From Chthonomonas calidirosea (lineage in GTDB: Bacteria; Armatimonadota; Fimbriimonadia; Fimbriimonadales; Fimbriimonadaceae), in the NCBI GenBank assembly GCA_945859975.1, contig CAMAPH010000003.1, positions 90,871 through 154,870 on the forward strand: a DNA stretch of 64,000 bases, in the 5' to 3' direction. The notes under the pieces are model-generated. The model ran no database searches. It was not told the origin of the DNA and worked only from the letters and a program-made list of their open reading frames with translations. Both the position numbers and the translations under genes were made by a program. Of this stretch, positions 60,507 through 64,000 are shown in pieces. Numbering within the stretch: position 1 is the first letter of the stretch; each line of letters opens with the position of its first letter.

Positions 60507-63500
60507 CCCACTAGAAAGTCCGCGACGGCAACGGGGAGTTTGATTTTCCGATCTTGCAGTAGCTGTGGACGGTAAGGGAAAACGCGGTGGGCCAAGAAGG
60601 CCATGTGGCCGTCTCGATCTTGGGCTTCTCCGATGATGGTCACGTAAGGCGAGCAGACGATCGCATGCCCGTCTCGCTGGTAGACCGCATCAAAACATGT
60701 GACATTGAGGAGCCCAGCTTCATCTTCAAGATCGAAGAAAACCACGCGCTTTCCGCTCGGGGTCGGGGGAAAGCGGAGTCGGATGGGATTGCCAACGACG
60801 ATTGCCTTTTGCCCAGGTTTGAGGGATTTTGCCCGACTGCTGAGCACTCCCCCTCGGGAGGAAATGCGATCTCTTTCGAAGGCCATGAGGTGATGTTCAA
60901 TATCAAGCCCCATCACGCGGCGCTCGTGAACGGCTTTCTCGGCTTCGGAAAAATCCTCAATCTCATTCGGAATTTGGGGTTCCGGGACGTCGAACGGTAG
61001 CTCAGGGTTTGCCGAAGGTTCGATTTCCGCCAGCGCCATTGCTTCTGGAATCGCCCAGAGGAGGGCTCGACGGTTGGGATGCAAAGAATCAAAAGCTCCG
61101 GCTAGGATCAGATTCTCTAACTCATCACGATTGGGCCGAATTCGGGAACAGAAATCGAAAATGGACCGAAACCGAATCTGCTGGTTGGCGGGGTTGGCGT
61201 GGAAACCCGTGCCATCTGGTGCGGTACCGAGGTTGATCACGGTGGGGGTTTGGACGATTCGCTCACGGGTGTCTTCCGACAAACCTGCAATTTGGGTGAG
61301 TCCCACCCGGATGGCCCCATTCGGAACGATAACCTTCGGGTCCATCGCGCTTTTGGCGTCTTCGACGCTGAATTCCGCCCCAGATCGATTGACATCTGGG
61401 TGAAGGATTGGCACTCCCCGGACCCTTGCCTCATTGACGATGGTGCACGGGCCGTAATAGCCCGCCGGTTGGGCAGAGAGGAGGGAGGCAAAGTACTCCG
61501 CCGGGAAGTTCTGCTGGCAGTAGACACTTCGAATCGAAACCTCGGCAAAGGCCAAAGCGTGACCCTGGGCGAAGCCGTAGCCTTTGAATCCCGCAACGTA
61601 CTCAAACACCTGCTCAGCCACCGCGGGGGAGAATCCGTTTGCGGTCACCCGCTTGAGAAGTTCATCCCGAATGGTCTGACCAAAATCTTCTCTTCGGCGC
61701 TTATGAATCGCATCCCGTATGTCTTCTGCTTCCCCACCGGTATAGCCGCAGAAGGTCTGTAAAAGCTGGTCAACCTGTTCCTGGAAAACGATGATTCCGT
61801 AGGTGTGGCCAAGAATCGCTTCGAATTTGGGATCGAGAAAGGTGTAGGGCTTGCCTCTTCTTCGGGCGATGAGTTCGTTGATCTTGACCGCACCACCGAC
61901 ACCGGGTCGGATGCCAGCTTGGACAAGACTCGCATCTTCCAGATTGTCGGTCTTTAGCCGAACGTGGGCTTGGCGCATGGCGGGAGAAGCGGATTGAGGG
62001 ATGCCAATCAGCTCTCCCGAGCGAAAGGAACGATAGATTTCTGGATCGTCGATCGGCACCGACTGGACGTTGAAGCTCTCATCGTGCTGACGCATTCTCC
62101 TCTCGGTGCCTGAGAGCACATCTTGCCCACGAAGACAGAGGATGTCGAACTTGTCGAAGTAATACTTTGCCGAGCGTTTGTCCCATTGAATAAGGCGGAG
62201 ATTTTCTTGTTGCCCGTCATATTCGCAGTCCGAGGCGCTCCACATGACGGGGACCGTTTCGGAAAGTGCCCGATCTGAAATGACCACTCCGGACGAATGG
62301 CATCGCATGTCACGAGGAACGTCCATGAGCAATTCGGCGAGGCGGAATACCCAGCGGAACTTGTCTTTCGGAATGCCGCTGCCCCGAAGCTCGGGCTTCT
62401 TTTCGAGCGCAGAGAGAATTTGGTCTGGGGCCACTCCGCCGTGCATGCGTTTCGCCAAGAAGCTGATGGACTCGCTGGGCAACCCGAGCGCTTTGCCGAC
62501 TTCGCGAATGATGCCGCGGCTGCAGAAAGCGCCGATCGCGGCAACTTGCCCCACCCGGTCAACCCCGTACTTTTGAATCAGATAGTTCCGAATATCGTTC
62601 CTTCGGTGAGCCTCGAAGTCGATATCAATATCAGGTCGCTTCGTTCCGTCATCGGGCAGAAATCGGTCGAAGTGGAGCTTGTGCCGGATGGCATCTATCC
62701 TAGACATCCCGAGCACATAGGACACCGCGGAGTCTACGACTGACCCACGTCCGCTGAGTTGGATATTCCGATCTCGAGCCCAATCGCAGAAGTCGGTTGC
62801 CACGAGGAAGTGACCGGAAAAACCAAGCTTCGCTATTCGGGCGAGTTCGAAGTGCAAACGCTTTTTGTGCTTGACGGAATCCAGTCCATAGACCGCCCGG
62901 GCGCGCACATCCACGATCTGCTTCAGGGCTTCGTCATCATTCTCATACAGGGCAGGGAGTCGGGTTCGGGAGGGCAAGACGTCCTCGTCGATGGCCTCTG
63001 CAATTCGAAAAGTGTTTTCGACCCACTCCGGTTCATCCGCATATCGAGCTCGCATCTCGATTGCGGTGAGAAAGAACCTTTCAGCGTTCATTGACCGTGC
63101 TGGCATGTGAGGCACGGCGGGTTGGCCGTCGGCTCGCTGAGGCTTGCGGCCGACCACTTCTTCCACCAAAGAAAGAGAGTGCGAGCACATCAGCGCGTCT
63201 TGCGCGGGGAACTGGTCGCGCCGTGGGTGGGTAATCGGCCCGCCAGCAACCTGGAGAAGTTGATGTCGCTCGGCTAGTTGATTGAGTCGAGACTCGACGA
63301 TCTGCTCCCAAGGGTGCCAGGACCGCTCCATTTGAATGTAAACCTGCCCCACCCCATAAAGCTCTTTCAAACGGGAAACGATCTCATCCGCCCGGTCTTG
63401 TTCGTTAGCCATAAGGGCACGATTGACAGGACCAAGGTCACCACCGGTGAGACACAAGAGGTCGCGAGAGTAGCGTTGTAACAAGGACCAATCGGCAAGG

Positions 63501-64000
63501 GGAAAACCTCGTGGCTGGTTCAAGTGGCATTCGGTGATGAGCTGCGAAAGTCCGGTGTATCCCCGCTTGCTACGGGCATAGAGGACCAAACTTCCACCCT
63601 CTGGAATCTCGATGGACGCCCCGATTAGCGGCTTGATTCCTTGGCGATTACAAGCTCGTTTGAACTCTACGCAACCAATCAGCGAGAAGGGATCGGCGAT
63701 CCCTACGGCCGTGCAACCGCATTGAGCGCCGTAGGCCGCGAGTTCCTCGGCGAGGATGATGCTGCGGCCAAAGCCGTAGCCCGACATGCCGTGAATCGCC
63801 ACGTAAGGGCCTGATTGCGACGGGGCGTAGGCAATAACCTGCCCGGCTTCGGGCCGAAGATCGGGGCGAGTCGGAACGGCTCGGCTTCGTGTTCTCGCCC
63901 CCAGCCGCTCCTCTCGGACGCGTTCGTAATAGGTTTCCGGGAGGTCGCCACAGGCGGCAGCGCATTTTTCGTCGCGGACTTTTCGCTCTCGCAGAACCCA
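60503..64000 (-). CDS. dnaE2: DNA polymerase III alpha, error-prone DnaE2 type (5' truncated by window)
   Basis: GRGS, PDIDIDF, QWDK, KFDIL, GYGF...HA, AQPAGYY, C-terminal OB fold; frame stays open from 63802 to the window end. Confidence 0.85.
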   Translation of the reverse strand, partial: WVLRERKVRDEKCAAACGDLPETYYERVREERLGARTRSRAVPTRPDLRPEAGQVIAYAPSQSGPYVAIHGMSGYGFGRSIILAEELAAYGAQCGCTAVGIADPFSLIGCVEFKRACNRQGIKPLIGASIEIPEGGSLVLYARSKRGYTGLSQLITECHLNQPRGFPLADWSLLQRYSRDLLCLTGGDLGPVNRALMANEQDRADEIVSRLKELYGVGQVYIQMERSWHPWEQIVESRLNQLAERHQLLQVAGGPITHPRRDQFPAQDALMCSHSLSLVEEVVGRKPQRADGQPAVPHMPARSMNAERFFLTAIEMRARYADEPEWVENTFRIAEAIDEDVLPSRTRLPALYENDDEALKQIVDVRARAVYGLDSVKHKKRLHFELARIAKLGFSGHFLVATDFCDWARDRNIQLSGRGSVVDSAVSYVLGMSRIDAIRHKLHFDRFLPDDGTKRPDIDIDFEAHRRNDIRNYLIQKYGVDRVGQVAAIGAFCSRGIIREVGKALGLPSESISFLAKRMHGGVAPDQILSALEKKPELRGSGIPKDKFRWVFRLAELLMDVPRDMRCHSSGVVISDRALSETVPVMWSASDCEYDGQQENLRLIQWDKRSAKYYFDKFDILCLRGQDVLSGTERRMRQHDESFNVQSVPIDDPEIYRSFRSGELIGIPQSASPAMRQAHVRLKTDNLEDASLVQAGIRPGVGGAVKINELIARRRGKPYTFLDPKFEAILGHTYGIIVFQEQVDQLLQTFCGYTGGEAEDIRDAIHKRRREDFGQTIRDELLKRVTANGFSPAVAEQVFEYVAGFKGYGFAQGHALAFAEVSIRSVYCQQNFPAEYFASLLSAQPAGYYGPCTIVNEARVRGVPILHPDVNRSGAEFSVEDAKSAMDPKVIVPNGAIRVGLTQIAGLSEDTRERIVQTPTVINLGTAPDGTGFHANPANQQIRFRSIFDFCSRIRPNRDELENLILAGAFDSLHPNRRALLWAIPEAMALAEIEPSANPELPFDVPEPQIPNEIEDFSEAEKAVHERRVMGLDIEHHLMAFERDRISSRGGVLSSRAKSLKPGQKAIVVGNPIRLRFPPTPSGKRVVFFDLEDEAGLLNVTCFDAVYQRDGHAIVCSPYVTIIGEAQDRDGHMAFLAHRVFPYRPQLLQDRKIKLPVAVADFLVG

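Overview
64 kb of GC-rich bacterial chromosome. It is probably Armatimonadota/Fimbriimonadia; this is inferred from the [28 protein letters not shown] prepilin-like paralogues, LPS genes alongside Terrabacteria-type darA-holB synteny, and many apparently leaderless genes. Most of the window is housekeeping: purQ/purS/purN, hisG, argH, udk, lpxK-lpxL-GT9-GT9, holB, an ECF sigma/anti-sigma/RseB-like/DegP locus, a ~15 kb ctaAB-alternative complex III-caa3 oxidase cluster and dnaE2. I saw no rRNA, tRNA, CRISPR array or transposase/integrase. The most interesting signals come from the DNA itself: (1) seven phased 22-bp palindromic repeats directly upstream of an AAA_14/DUF4143 ATPase-nuclease gene; (2) three tandem modules of prepilin-like gene + translationally coupled micro-lipoprotein + terminator (one lipoprotein is missing from the ORF track), sharing an upstream TTGTTAA 11-bp-period box; (3) a SARP/BTAD regulator whose neighbours, a globin and a secreted papain-fold-like protein, share a GTCACGG heptamer-repeat box; (4) an ECF sigma with no adjacent anti-sigma heading a persulfide/sulfite cluster, with an identical TGAATCCTT-N15-CTCTTA motif before two of the genes; (5) a 65-aa protein resembling archaeal CC1-type DNA-binding proteins, divergent from a Fur homologue lacking its metal ligands. 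All family assignments are from motif recognition by eye, not database searches.
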